The notes below the pieces were generated by a model. It saw only the letters and a program-made list of their open reading frames with translations, searched no databases and was not told where the DNA came from. Shown piece after piece: positions 35,193 through 47,123 of a DNA stretch of 64,000 nucleotides. Origin of the DNA: Balanoglossus misakiensis (taxonomy: Eukaryota; Animalia; Hemichordata); the NCBI GenBank assembly GCA_040954595.2, contig CM082585.2:4921708-4985707 (forward strand), in the 5' to 3' direction. The position numbers were made by a program, and so were the translations under genes. Numbering within the stretch: position 1 is the first letter of the stretch; every line of letters starts with the position of its first letter.

Positions 35193-35357
35193 AAGGGACA
35201 AAGTCTTTCTCTCGCTGCCCTTGTCCCATTAATTATGTTTGATACAAGACATCGTTTATGTTATTCTACATGTGGATATATAGTGAATCAACGTTCGACC
35301 ACACACAACTTTCATCCCGTTTGTAGGGAAAAATTCCCGCCAAAATGAATAAACGGT
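35193..35357 (+). repeat. Dispersed repeat fragment starting AGGGACAAAGTC (Kolobok-type MITE end)
   Basis: Homologous to 37745-37920. The same terminus occurs at 9880, 23916 and 40019. Confidence 0.65.
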
Positions 35358-37744
35358 AAACACCTTGGGTGCTATAACATCATAATACCGAGCATCGCGT
35401 TACAGCATCCTATTTGCTCAATCGCAAATGACGTATACGCGATTTTGAAAAATGTAAGTCTAGGCCTTCCACCTGTCTTGGTGACATGAAGCTCTCTTCA
35501 AACTAAAAACAAACAGCGCTTATTATACACATTTTTAGTTTCTAATTCTAGACAGCAGTGTTACACGTATCTCAGTTTGTTTTTCAATACTCAGATTATA
35601 TGTATAATCTGTCAAAAAAAGTTAAAGGTAAGATAGGATGGCAATTTTTAAAACGTTCCATGCAATCCACAAAGTAAACGAACTATAAAATTGATGTTGG
35701 CAATTCATAAGAAAAACATGGTGCAGATGGCGATTTCCAGGAATACCCCAAAATTTCTCTCCAGAACTTTCTGTTAATAACTTTGGAAATCATATTAGCT
35801 GCCACTTTTAGCACGATCAGACGATAAAGTACTTCAATCTTCAACCTTCAATCTTCGCTATCTTCAACCGACGGATGACATTGACACCCCCCCCCTTTAT
35901 TAAATAAATTAAAAAAACGTTGACACCCCTTTGAATCGGTCAGTACTATTCTAATACGCACGTGTGCATAACACGTGCGATAGTAGATCGATGTCTGTGT
36001 ACGAGAGGCTGAACAATCGGGTACGGCACTTATTTGTTCACGGTCGAACGTACAACCGCAATAAGACGGCGATAAAGCGTTTGTATGTTGTGTATACCCA
36101 GCAGTTATAGCCAAGTTTGAAAGAAAAATCACGAAAATGATGCAAAAGTGGCAGTTCGACAGAATCAGTTAAGAGCTCAGTTTAACGTCTCACGCAATAT
36201 ATGCATATAACATATCTTTCCATAAATTATCCGATCACAAACACACTTCATAACCCCCTCCAGTGTCCAACTGAGCCTTTGGTGCCAAATTAATGATCAC
36301 TGGATTGAATTACGAGCCCAACACTTCCTTTTAATGAATAACCCGCGACACGTCACTTTCGACATCAACTCTTTGTAGTGAACAGGTACAATTCATCACA
36401 AGTTTCGTCCTTGGCTGAGTAAGGAACATTCAATGTAATCTTCAACAGCCCAACTCTACTCGGTGTCATATTGTCATTAAGACGGCCACGTGATTAGATG
36501 TTCTGCTGTGCAGTTACATCAAGCTACAGCTATAACCATGACCGGTAGTGTTTTTTTTTCATCTCAATAAAATAAGTTGTGTGCGAGCCGACATTGGACA
36601 ACGCGGCCACGAAATGTCGGCACTTGCATAATGCGTTAGTAATAGGAACGTATGTATGCTTTTTGTATAATTATGTATTAGGTATACATACAACTCTTAT
36701 GGAAAGTGGAAATCATTGAAGTCTAAACAATGTTCATATAGTACGGACGTGTGAGAAAGTTATCACCAATTTGTTGGCCTTGTTCGTTCGCCTTTCAAAT
36801 GTTTGGTCAGACGAAATGTCGAAACTGTAAGGAATTAAACGTTTGAATGAGATTGATAGCAGTATAATTGCATAGTTTTCTCGCATTTTATCATGTTTGT
36901 ATTGATGAATTAATTCGCGAGTTTAGCCGCGCTGTCCCAGAAGGCGAGCGTACAATTAAGTGTTATGGACCAAAAAGCCTGGTCCAATCACTGTTGGACA
37001 TATTGGTGACTACACATGAAGTGTCTTGCTTTAGACCTCTGCCATGTCTTGTTATTTCTTCCTCGGTGACAACAGTTGGCGATTTTAGGGAAGAACCATT
37101 TGATTTCTTGGAGTGGGTGGAGGATGTTTTTTTTTGGGGGGGGGGAGTTGGCAGATGGTGCTTAGAAAAAAAAATCTGCAATGCAATTAAGAAAAGGGTG
37201 GATTGGTAATTGAATAAAAAATGATGGGAAGTCAGCGGTGGAACCCACCACGGCAACTTGAAGAGACGTGTTTCTGATTCCTGTCGCGGCTTTGGATGCT
37301 TGCTTCAGTCCAAGTGCTGATTTGAACATTTCCATTCCATGCAAGCTCTCTAACTCCGCATTTATTGCCTCCAGTGGTTTTCCTAATAGTCGTCATCGCT
37401 TTCGCATGAAAAGAAGCTGCCACGGGCCTTTCTTGAAACTGAGTGCGTCACAATTACTTAGAATAGCTTGTGAGGTTCGTGACAACATATGTATTTATTC
37501 GCGACTATGACATATGTGAAATCTTTCTACGAGAGATATTCTTCTGTCACTAATATCTGCAGTACCGTAAGTGTGAGTGTTAGGTAGTTTTTTTGTTTCC
37601 TAAAGGGACGGGTCTAGAAATTGTTATCGTCCCGGTCGTTTTAACAAAACAATCTGAACCTTGCGTACATTGTCGACAAAGCCGTGTCTCAGATTTTAAA
37701 CGAAACATCAATGCTATTTTTACAATCCCCAATCATAATTTTAA

Positions 37745-37965
37745 AGGGACAAAGTCTCTCTCTCGCTGCTCTTTTTTCCATTTATTATGTTTGATACAAG
37801 ACACCGTTTATGTCAATGTGCACGTGGATATAAAGTGAATCTGCCAACGTTCGACCACACACAACTTCCATCTCACTTTTAGACACATGAGTGAAAAAAC
37901 TCGCCAAAATGAATAATCGGTCTCGACCATTTATTCATTTTGGGCGAATTTTTACTCTCATATCA
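37745..37965 (+). repeat. Dispersed repeat fragment starting TTAA|AGGGACAAAGTC with internal hairpin
   Basis: Homologous to 35193-35357. Inverted repeat CAAAATGAATAA...TTATTCATTTTG at about 37905-37942. Confidence 0.65.
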
Positions 37966-38881
37966 TACAAGCGGAAATTCTAGTCAGGACTTTGCACAAG
38001 AACAAAGCTGTCTATACACATAAATGTAGTGATGAAATGTTGTTGTTTTTCATCATGTTTCAGGAATTTGTATAAGAAACTGCAGTAGATACATAAACCG
38101 AAAATACTGTAAACATAGTTAAAAGATGTGCGTGTGTAACGCGCTGGACTTTTGGCTAATTTTCGCTGCAATTGTTGTTTGTCGCGACACGACATTCCCA
38201 ATTGTCTTCCATTTCTCATCGAAGGCAACGTGGAACCCCCCTCAAAGCATTTATTTCTTAAGGCTGAATTTTAATGTGACGTGGTTGCCATAGTCAAATT
38301 GGAAATCGGATACGTTATTAGGCAAAAAATAATTGTTTTGTGTGATGCCATTAAAAATCTAACTTCAAGAGTTGACGTTTCGTGCATTTTGTAAGTTAAT
38401 ACCACATCGAAACAAAAGAGTACATTAACAAATTACAAACTGTTTTTACGTTACCTGCTGCCGTTCATGAAAGCTGGAGCTTTTAATATAAACAAAAACC
38501 TCACTGAGCCAAATGCAATTGCCTTTAATTCCTGCCGTGAGTACTTTTATCGACATAACAAGATATTCGTTTTGATGACCATCTTGTGTACTGAGAATCA
38601 ATGAATCAAGTCTGGAAATTTGTTTGTCTGTGTGATCGTCTATCTTTATGTGCATATACCCAACTATCCAGCTACACTATCAACTACCAATCCAATAGAC
38701 ACCCACCCACGCACCCGTCTATATATCTATCCTGTCTGTTTGTGTGCGTGCGTGTCCCTCTCTTCTCTTATACGGAGGGGCGATACAACAGACATTCCGG
38801 CATGACGTCTGACGTCACTACCGCTTTTAAGCCTCACGAATCATCCTCCGTTGACCAGTCCTTATCAGAAGCTCGGTCAGC

Positions 38882-39910
38882 ATGGAGCTCTCTTTGGTGA
38901 CAGTCATCTATCTATCTGTCCTCTGCATTGTCACGGTGGCCGGCAACGCCGTCGTCATCGCCACCCTTTGCACACACCGAACACTTCTCTCGAGACATCA
39001 CTACCGATTCATCCTCAGTCTGAGTCTGACCGATTTTCTTCAAGGAGTGGCGGTGCTGCCCATGGAGGTGGGCGTGGCGTCGCTCCAGTCGCCGAATCTC
39101 AACTTGTGTCGAATGCTCTGGGGAACCACGTCCTTTCTGTCGCTGGCAAACACGGTGAGCACCTGCACAGTGAGTATCCACAAGTACATTCAGATTTTCT
39201 ACCCGTATCGTTACTTGACTTGGTTCGGCGAGAAAACCGTCGGCATCATCATCGCGCTCACCTGGGTACTGTCGCTGCCCGGGTTTGTGCCGCCCATCGC
39301 CGCCTTCAGCAACGAACAGTACAATGTAACTCTCACCCGTAAGTGTCCAAGAATCCGATCGAACGGCATTGCTGTGTACGCGGGGGCTGCCTTCTTTGTC
39401 ATTCCGTCGCTGTGTATAATGTTCACCGCGGCTCGCACGGCCGTTTTGGTCCGCCAACAGTCGCGGCGTGTCAAAGCCATGCTTCAAGCGCCCGTCAGGG
39501 CCGGGGAGTCGGCCGGATCATCCGCCGTGGCGACGATACCGATTCTGACCAAGAAGGAGATCAAGGCGGCCCTCATGGCTTCCCTGGTGGTCATCGCTTA
39601 CCTGTGCACATGGAGTCCGGTCCACACCATACTCCTGCTGAGAGCCGCGTGCGACCGCTGCGTCATCACGAACCACATGGTCAAGTGGGGCTGGAGATGC
39701 TCCTACCTCAACGCGGCCATCAACCCCCTCCTCTACTCGTACGACAGCACGCTGTCCACCGCCTTCAAGAAACTTCTTCGCGCGGCGTCCGCCTGTTTCT
39801 CAAGGAAGACCAGCGAAGTGGCACCACTACAGCAGCACGCAAGTCTACCAACGTATGGCACGCGGCTTCGTGGCAGTTCTTCACACGAGTCTGCAACAGA
39901 CGAGAGATGA
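38882..39910 (+). CDS. Intronless rhodopsin-like (class A) orphan GPCR, 342 aa
   Basis: Seven hydrophobic helices with GN (TM1), LSLTD (TM2), C3.25, HKY at the DRY position followed by YPYRY, W (TM4), IP (TM5), TWSP (TM6) and NPLLY (TM7). GC-rich relative to its flanks. Confidence 0.93.
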   Translation: MELSLVTVIYLSVLCIVTVAGNAVVIATLCTHRTLLSRHHYRFILSLSLTDFLQGVAVLPMEVGVASLQSPNLNLCRMLWGTTSFLSLANTVSTCTVSIHKYIQIFYPYRYLTWFGEKTVGIIIALTWVLSLPGFVPPIAAFSNEQYNVTLTRKCPRIRSNGIAVYAGAAFFVIPSLCIMFTAARTAVLVRQQSRRVKAMLQAPVRAGESAGSSAVATIPILTKKEIKAALMASLVVIAYLCTWSPVHTILLLRAACDRCVITNHMVKWGWRCSYLNAAINPLLYSYDSTLSTAFKKLLRAASACFSRKTSEVAPLQQHASLPTYGTRLRGSSSHESATDER

Positions 39911-40018
39911 GGTGGACTAGAATCTTGAATTCACTTTCACAGAAAGGCTGTATCACGACGGGTCGAAGCTAAGTGAGTTTGTCATTTCCGAAATACACAA
40001 TAACATGTGTAAGCTTTA

Positions 40019-40244
40019 AGGGACAAAGTCGCTCTCTTTTGCAATGTATTTGGTCAGTTGTGTTTGACACGAAAAGCTGTATATATATTCTGTTTGACGT
40101 CTTAAAGCATACTTAAGTACTGGTCAGCTGTATACAAACTTCACTCTGCTTGTAAACTGACTTTTGTTAACCAGGAGACTTAATGCGAGTATTCAAGGTA
40201 TTCTTGATATCACAGAACGGTCAAAAAGAGCGATTTTTGTCCCT
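40019..40244. mobile_element. Kolobok-type MITE (~226 bp)
   Basis: TIR AGGGACAAAGTCGCTCT / AGAGCGATTTTTGTCCCT, flanked by TTTA and TTAA. Confidence 0.7.
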
Positions 40245-41204
40245 TTAATGTTTGAAATGATTGCGCCTGTGTACTAGGCCGAAACACGTCCAACAATTTC
40301 TTTTAATTGTAGATTTTACGTTTTCCCGTTTGTGTGCATAATACAAATCCGCTGGGGTCACCGTGCTTGTTTCTAAAATACTGGGCCGCGATTTTAGTCT
40401 ATAATGAAAACAAAATAACTGCTGAGTCAGCATTTTTGACAAAATATTTAACAAAGTTTATCTCAAAATAGAGCGGGGTGACTGTATGATTTTATTCGAC
40501 CACAGAATATAATTATTAACATTCGGCCGAGCTATGTGTATATTTTCATAATGAATAAATTCGTCCGATGGGAAGAGAGAAAATGTACTTCGTTCGCAGT
40601 ACATCTTTGAGTGAAAAGTCTTTAAATTATCTCAAACAAAGACATTTCTAGTGCCGATGGTGTAAAATTACTTGTTAATGACAACACTTTCAATTATACC
40701 GATCGCACATCCTTAAAATACTTTTAAAGGTTCACTTCTGACATGTCAATACTCAAAGACACAGAAAGCGAGGCCTCAGGAGCGTGCGTTGCGATCGCAC
40801 TAATCATTCCACCACTAGAGGCCTAGACCGGCAACCGTCCAACATTCTCCGGTGGGCGGTCCTTCCACATGCCCGTGTATTGGCAAACGTGCGATAAAAA
40901 TGCTTTGATATAGAAAACCAAGGTACAGTGCGCGCGGTCGACGACGCTTTCAAAACACATGCGCCGTTGTTAACACAGTAAGATTTTGTAGTAGTGAACG
41001 CAATATTATCATTTGCGAAATCTGACGTTTTGTTCTTGAATAACAAATAGGTTTTGTTTATATTATCACAGTGCTCACCACAATATAAGGTGTAGTGAAC
41101 TAAAAAATATGTAATTTATCACTCAGAATATTTTCACTGTTAGCACATTTTATTCTTGTTATTGGTTGAACAAATTGAAATAGGTACATTTTAAAATTAT
41201 TATC

Positions 41205-41750
41205 AGATTTTTGATTTCTGTAAAGACGCACTTGAAGACGAAATTCATTTTCTTTTTGAGAGTGAATTATATCATGTAATTTCGAGTATCTGCATTGTTT
41301 AAGTTATTTTGACATAAGTTTTTAAAACCCAGACGTTTTATTTCTCCGATTCTGATTTTCCACTTGTTGCTGTTAGATATTTTAGTTGTTCTCTAAGAAA
41401 TGGAAGATTAACTAACACATTAGTTCTGTGGATATTTTCAACATATGCTATTTAGCTGTTTCAATACTAAGAATGCCTTGCGAGAGTGTTTGTGATATCA
41501 ATGTTTTATTGGCCATGTTCAAAGAGGAGGTGGCTATATCCTGACTCTACATGAATTGTGATGTCATGTGGGGGAAATGCCACAATATTAACAACGGGGT
41601 CTGGACTAGTCTTGCTCCAAGAATGGGTGATACTGAAATGCGCGTCCGCGTTTCGTATAGAACGTCCTTGTTTCTGTATTTCTTAATGTATTGTATGTCT
41701 TTGTGTTTTGTTTCGTTTCTTGCAATAAATAAATATTTAACAAAAAAACG
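41205..41750 (+). pseudogene. Degraded LINE 3' end (mirrored at about 63090-63630)
   Basis: CKDALEDEIHFLFESELY resembles the ORF2 C-terminal C..C...EDExHFL..C..Y knuckle. AATAAA and an A-run follow at about 41723-41748. Confidence 0.5.
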
Positions 41751-43274
41751 GCATCAGTTTATTGACATATTACACCTAAAGGACCTCCATAGAACGAAAG
41801 TTAAATATAATGCACGACTTTTCAAGTTGCAAAGTATGTATTTCAAGGAGCTGTCAAGACGACGAAAAATGATTGGAAAGTCTCGAGGACGCACAAAACG
41901 CCGATCAGCCCTAGTGATTTGACAAGAAGCTCTCAATGTCGCCGATACTGTCAATCATTCAGCACCTCTTGATTGCGGGCTGAGACCGAGCCACGTGACA
42001 TAGAAAAACCTTGATAATTACATATTTGACAGAGTAAGTAAGGGGTATGGCCCGTTGTGAGGAGATAAAGCCCGCTGGGGGACTGTTTTAGGCCAAATGC
42101 AAAAAAAAAATATGAGCTGAGTGACATACTTTGAGATATGAAAAAAAAACCTGAGCAAGGAAGTGCATGGGCCTGTCGAAAATATTAGCACTGTATCAAG
42201 ACTACGATTTGCAACAAACACTTAGATAATGCGAGTTTCGACACTCGACACACCGTTTACATGTACACCTATACGATGTGGGCACGTAAACGAGGCAAGT
42301 GTCAAAAGCTACTCGAATCAACCGTCGCCATGCCAACAACGACTATTGTCGTCAACACTGCCGGGAAGCCTCTATGGAAGTGACCAGATCATTGGCAAGT
42401 TTTCGAGTAATCACGTCTTCGGCGCTACGTAAGCACTTGGCATCTACAAGTTCAACTTCAGTTACTGTTTCCAACGTTTCGCCGGTGTCACATCAACGCC
42501 ACACCCCATCAACAGTATCAAATAATCGGCAAATTCATACAATTCAGCGTGTAACTTTTGAGCGAGTTCTTGTTCGTTTTTGTTTGTTCGTGCGATTACT
42601 CTGTTTACCATATTTCAGCATTGTTACCTTTCGTCCTTTATGATCCAACAGGTGGTACATTATTATGTAAATATATTCAGCGTTACTGAATTTATGCAGA
42701 TTCTTACCAGTAAACGGTTGTTCTCATATTTTACTCGAGGAAGCTTCAGATTATTTGTGACAGTTGTAAAATAGAAAATAAAATTTAGGCGTCACCGTAC
42801 AGAGGAAAATTATCTCAAATTTGAATTTCAATTGGTCTCCAATCTCTGCGTTAACTACGTGAAGAAAATAAAAATAGCGGGTTTTTATGCAGATAGGAAA
42901 ACGCGTTGGTGATTATTCATGTTTTTAAAAAAAACACCTCACAGACGGACTTTAATATAGCAAAAAATTGAAAGTTTCTGCGGGCTATCAATGTTATACA
43001 AAATCTGTCCCCGAGGCGTGTACTGCATTAGCAAATTGGAATGTTACTTGCCGCCGCATTTCCTTCGTCAATACTCACATTTTGCGAAACTCGCGGATGC
43101 GTTACTTCCAAAGTCTACCGAACGTGCGGGATTTGAGCCTCCGCTCAATGCCGCACTACGTACCGGTCACCAGATTCGCAATGGGTGTACACTGAGACGA
43201 TTATCCCTAACAGGTATACTAGTCTCAGGTGTATATGAGAAGTTCTGGACTTGCTAAAGCTGTCTACAAATGGA

Positions 43275-43378
43275 AGAGAGAGGGGGGGAAGAGAGAGATA
43301 TAGCGAGAGATAGCGAGAGAGAGGGGGGAGGGGGAAGAGAGACAGATAGCGAGAGAGAGAGAGAGGGGGAGGGGGAAG
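43275..43378. repeat. (GA)n-rich purine microsatellite (mirror 61457-61563)
   Basis: Directly visible. Confidence 0.9.
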
Positions 43379-45810
43379 TTTGGTAAATAGATTTATAATA
43401 TCGTCAGATCATAAAATCAAATGTCATAAATGTCGAATAGATTTCCCAAGACCCTCTTTCTGGGCAGAACATGGTCATACTCGCCCAGGTATACCGATAT
43501 CGAGAGAGGCCACTGTTTCGCGAGTATTAATTTTCGCGTTCACTTATTTCATTCACTGCATCGTTATCTTCAAAAAACATTTACGCAATTTTTATTTCCA
43601 CGCCGCTATTTTGGCTCTCGCGTATTTGGCGAAAATTAATTGCTCGCGAAAATAAAGTGTTCTACAGAGCCCTTTACGCCGTCCGTCGCAGGGACCGTTT
43701 GCGCATGCGCAGTGTTCTGTAACGACTTGCTATTTTAACTTATTTACACGTGAAGTGTCAAAGTTCATAATACCAGAAATTGTTGACTGTTCAATATTAT
43801 AGAATGCAACAAGTACCAAAGGCTGAACGGGCATTGTACAGATGGGTTCCCTTTCAATAACCAACTATTCATTTTAACGTTGATTATAATACCCGGTCAG
43901 AGACAAGTCTCTATGTAGCCCTTGTTCTGCTCTCGAGTTTTCTGGTTCACAGGCCCCTGTTGACCTAGATGTACTTTGATCCAATGGAATGGAAAAATAT
44001 ACCGTAATGCCTATACCAATGTCGATCAAAAAATATCTAAAACCACCGGTTTAATTTGGTGAGGCATATGAACGGTGTGAACCAATCTCGTGGTACTCGA
44101 ATTAAAAGATCTATAGAATGATGTGTGTACAGCTCTCATCTACGCACACACATACCGTCATGGTACTCAGACCAGAAGGTGAAAGTGTCCTGTATTGTCA
44201 TTGCCATATCCTTGCTATTCATTCTAACTTTGAATGCACACGCCCTCAGCCCAGGTCAGACATTGTCTGCTCCTTTGTTCTGCTCTCTGTAGAAACGCGT
44301 TCGTCCTCGGCATTTCATTTGGACAGCAAGGAGCACCAACGGTAACCCGTCCCACTTTGAAGAGTAGGAACCCATTTCTTCAAGAAGTAAAGTGTCCTTC
44401 TCATGAACAGAACAGAACAGAACAGAACATCAGGTAATGTCCGAGTCTTGCACTATAAACTCACCCCGAAAAGTGTTTTTTGGGGGGAGCTAACAGACGC
44501 TTGTTGACCAGATAACAAATGGAATGGAAAACTATTAGACTAAGTATATCACATGCAGTAATGGCTGGCGTAAAACGTTTGCTTGTTCGGTGTTTGAACG
44601 TCAGAATGGAAGTCGCATGGTTCACGGTCGCTTCTTCACCAGATAAGTTACGTCACATTTTGCAAATTCATTCCGAGGTGGTATCATATTTTATGTTTGC
44701 AAACTTCACGACGAATGCCAACCGTCAGTGTATTCAGTATTGAAGCCCCGTTCTATTTCATGCCTTGCGCAAACCTGTTCTCTCGTGTATGTGGCAAACC
44801 GCATCAAAGTGAAGGGTGTCTCAGTTACGTTAAATGCACCCTTTTTCTTGAATGACTTACGCCAGCACTCATATACAAACTTCAGAAAACTGATTCTTGA
44901 CTGGCTTGATCTGCTTGGTTTGAATCATGTTGAAGGGGTGTGTTGTTACCGGGCGTGTCTCCAACCACACAGCCGATAGCAAACGCGCAGCGTCACCCCA
45001 GAGCAGAACTCGCCAGCCACGCACAGCTACAGTGGACATCCTGAATTGTTTTGATGATGGCGGTGATGCAGAAAAGAGAGTGTTGAGTATAGTTGATAAG
45101 CCATTGATTCGTGCGACAGCGATATCAAGTAGACAAAACCTTGCACTTCCACGGACTGCCGTCTTCATATATGTACTTTTATGAGCTGGAAGACACGCGC
45201 CCAAACACACACAGACACACCCCCACACACATACACACACATTTATGTAAACGACTGCATTTGAGTCGGTACTTGGCAGGCTTTCTGAAAAGCAGTCTCC
45301 AAGATTCCCTAAAGGTTTACTATTGTATACAAGTGTATACTAGTTGTGCCGACCCCTCCAACATAAATGCGTGATCTAAATTCCTTACTCTACTCACGGT
45401 TACTTCTTCTAGTAACCGTGCTCTACTGGATGGTTCACGCTGTCCTTTGAAAGACCGGACAATGTCACTTGTATACTGGGAGGGTCATGGCCTACTTTGA
45501 TGACCATGTGCAGTGTGAAAGACTTCTGAGCTTTTGAATCTCTGAATACCTTAGTTTTTGAATGTCTATCACAAGAATCTCCTCCACGTAGTACAGGTCG
45601 GATAAAAAACATAGCGTCATAGGCACCGTGATCCCATTTGAGGATTACATGGAAGTAGGCTTATACCAGAATAAAAAAATCACCCGTGACGTTGGCAAGC
45701 ATATATGACCTAACCAATTATAAATATGGAAATGTAACAACAATAACTAGGACCATGCTCAAATAAACTGCCATGTGTCATGGCAATGAATCTTAGTGCT
45801 AGAAAAATTG

Positions 45811-45849
<39 letters not shown>

Positions 45850-46446
45850 CGCTCACTGACCTGCCACTGGTAATTAATAATAGAACAGCTGGTAGTCTTT
45901 GTGACAGCTGGCCTATTAAATTTATGTAAACATATAGAGTACCAAATAAGTATATTATTTCAATCACCACAAGTAACATAACTACCAAAGGTCAAAGCAC
46001 TCTGACACGCGGTTTGAAAGAAAACAATTTTTGACGAAAAATTGCAAAAATTTCCCCAATTACACAAATATGCAAATTTCACTATTATTTTTCAACACCT
46101 TACTTGGGTTACCCCAAGAAACATTCCTACTAAATTTCAAAGCAAGCGGTTTTAGACAAAAGGATTTTTGACCGAAAATGGGGAAACAATGCTCAGAAAT
46201 ATTAAATATGCAAATTGTGTACTCAACATTTTTGCTCATTCATGTTTCTCATTTCAACAGTACATCTTCGGTAAAAGTTGCGAATAAGAACATCTGTGAC
46301 GTCACGAAGAAAATAACGCTGCTAAGTATATGCATCCAGTAAGCTTGTAAACTATGTCTGAAATTACCAAGGTAATTAGTGGTCATTATTGTACACCCAC
46401 TGCAATGCACTATGCAATGCTATAGTGTGCTGTACACACATCTTCA

Positions 46447-46580
46447 ACTGTGTCATACGTATGCAAATGTGCATGATTCCACTGAGTTATACGTATGCAA
46501 ATTTGCATGAATCCACCGTGCGATACGTATGCAAATCTGAATTTTTCCACTGTGTCATACGAATGCAAATTTGCATGAAG
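46447..46580. repeat. 4 x 34-bp minisatellite with an ATGCAAAT octamer in each unit (mirror 58255-58388)
   Basis: Units start at 46447, 46481, 46515 and 46549; consensus ACTGTGTCATACGTATGCAAATTTGCATGAATCC. Confidence 0.85.
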
Positions 46581-46738
46581 GGGCATGGAGACTAAGTACA
46601 GGTGATTTATTTGAGGTTGTGTTATGCCCGAATAAAATGAAATTTATCTACTACTGATGAAAAAACAGTGGCTTGTTTTTATGTCTAAATTTAGGACTAA
46701 AGTATGCAGACATGTTTGATTTATTTTAGATACGACTA

Positions 46739-46833
46739 ATGTTCTTGGTGATGTTAAGTGTCAGTGTCATTGTAACCTTGTACTATGTGTTGCATGAAGA
46801 CTATTCGAGTACATTTGTCAAAAAGACATATAG
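46739..46833 (+). CDS. Gal-3-O-sulfotransferase-family gene copy 1, putative transmembrane-anchor exon
   Basis: TTATTTTAG acceptor at 46729. MFLVMLSVSVIVTLYYVL fits a type II anchor. The AG|GTAGGT donor (phase 2) is in frame with the acceptor TTATAG at 47123. Confidence 0.6.
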
Positions 46834-47123
46834 GTAGGTGAATAATATCTGCATTATAGCATCTACTGTCTTGGCCAATGCAATTTAATTCCATTATAAT
46901 TAAACTATACGAAGGATTGAAATGCACTTGCTATGACAATGAACCTTTCGTACTTACAGCGGCTATTTTAGTTGAAAAATGGTCAGAGAATAAGTTGTAT
47001 ATATGAAGACCTAGATTCATTTTGACTGCGCGTGCGCTCGCTCTCGCGTCCAAGAGTGCGCGATGTATATACTTATTGTTTCAATTTATGATGACGCGTA
47101 AGTGATCCAATTACCGGTTATAG

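Noticed and set aside
36868-37460. Coding-looking stretches (DELIREFSRAVPEG..., LEAINAELESLHGMEMF...)
   Set aside because: No recognisable family, interrupted by stops, and no clear splice model.
38851-39972. 163-, 191- and 209-aa ORFs overlapping the GPCR
   Set aside because: Alternate-frame and antisense shadows of the GC-rich GPCR CDS.
46447-46580. CRISPR-like regular repeats
   Set aside because: Head-to-tail minisatellite with no unique spacers, no cas genes, and a eukaryotic context.
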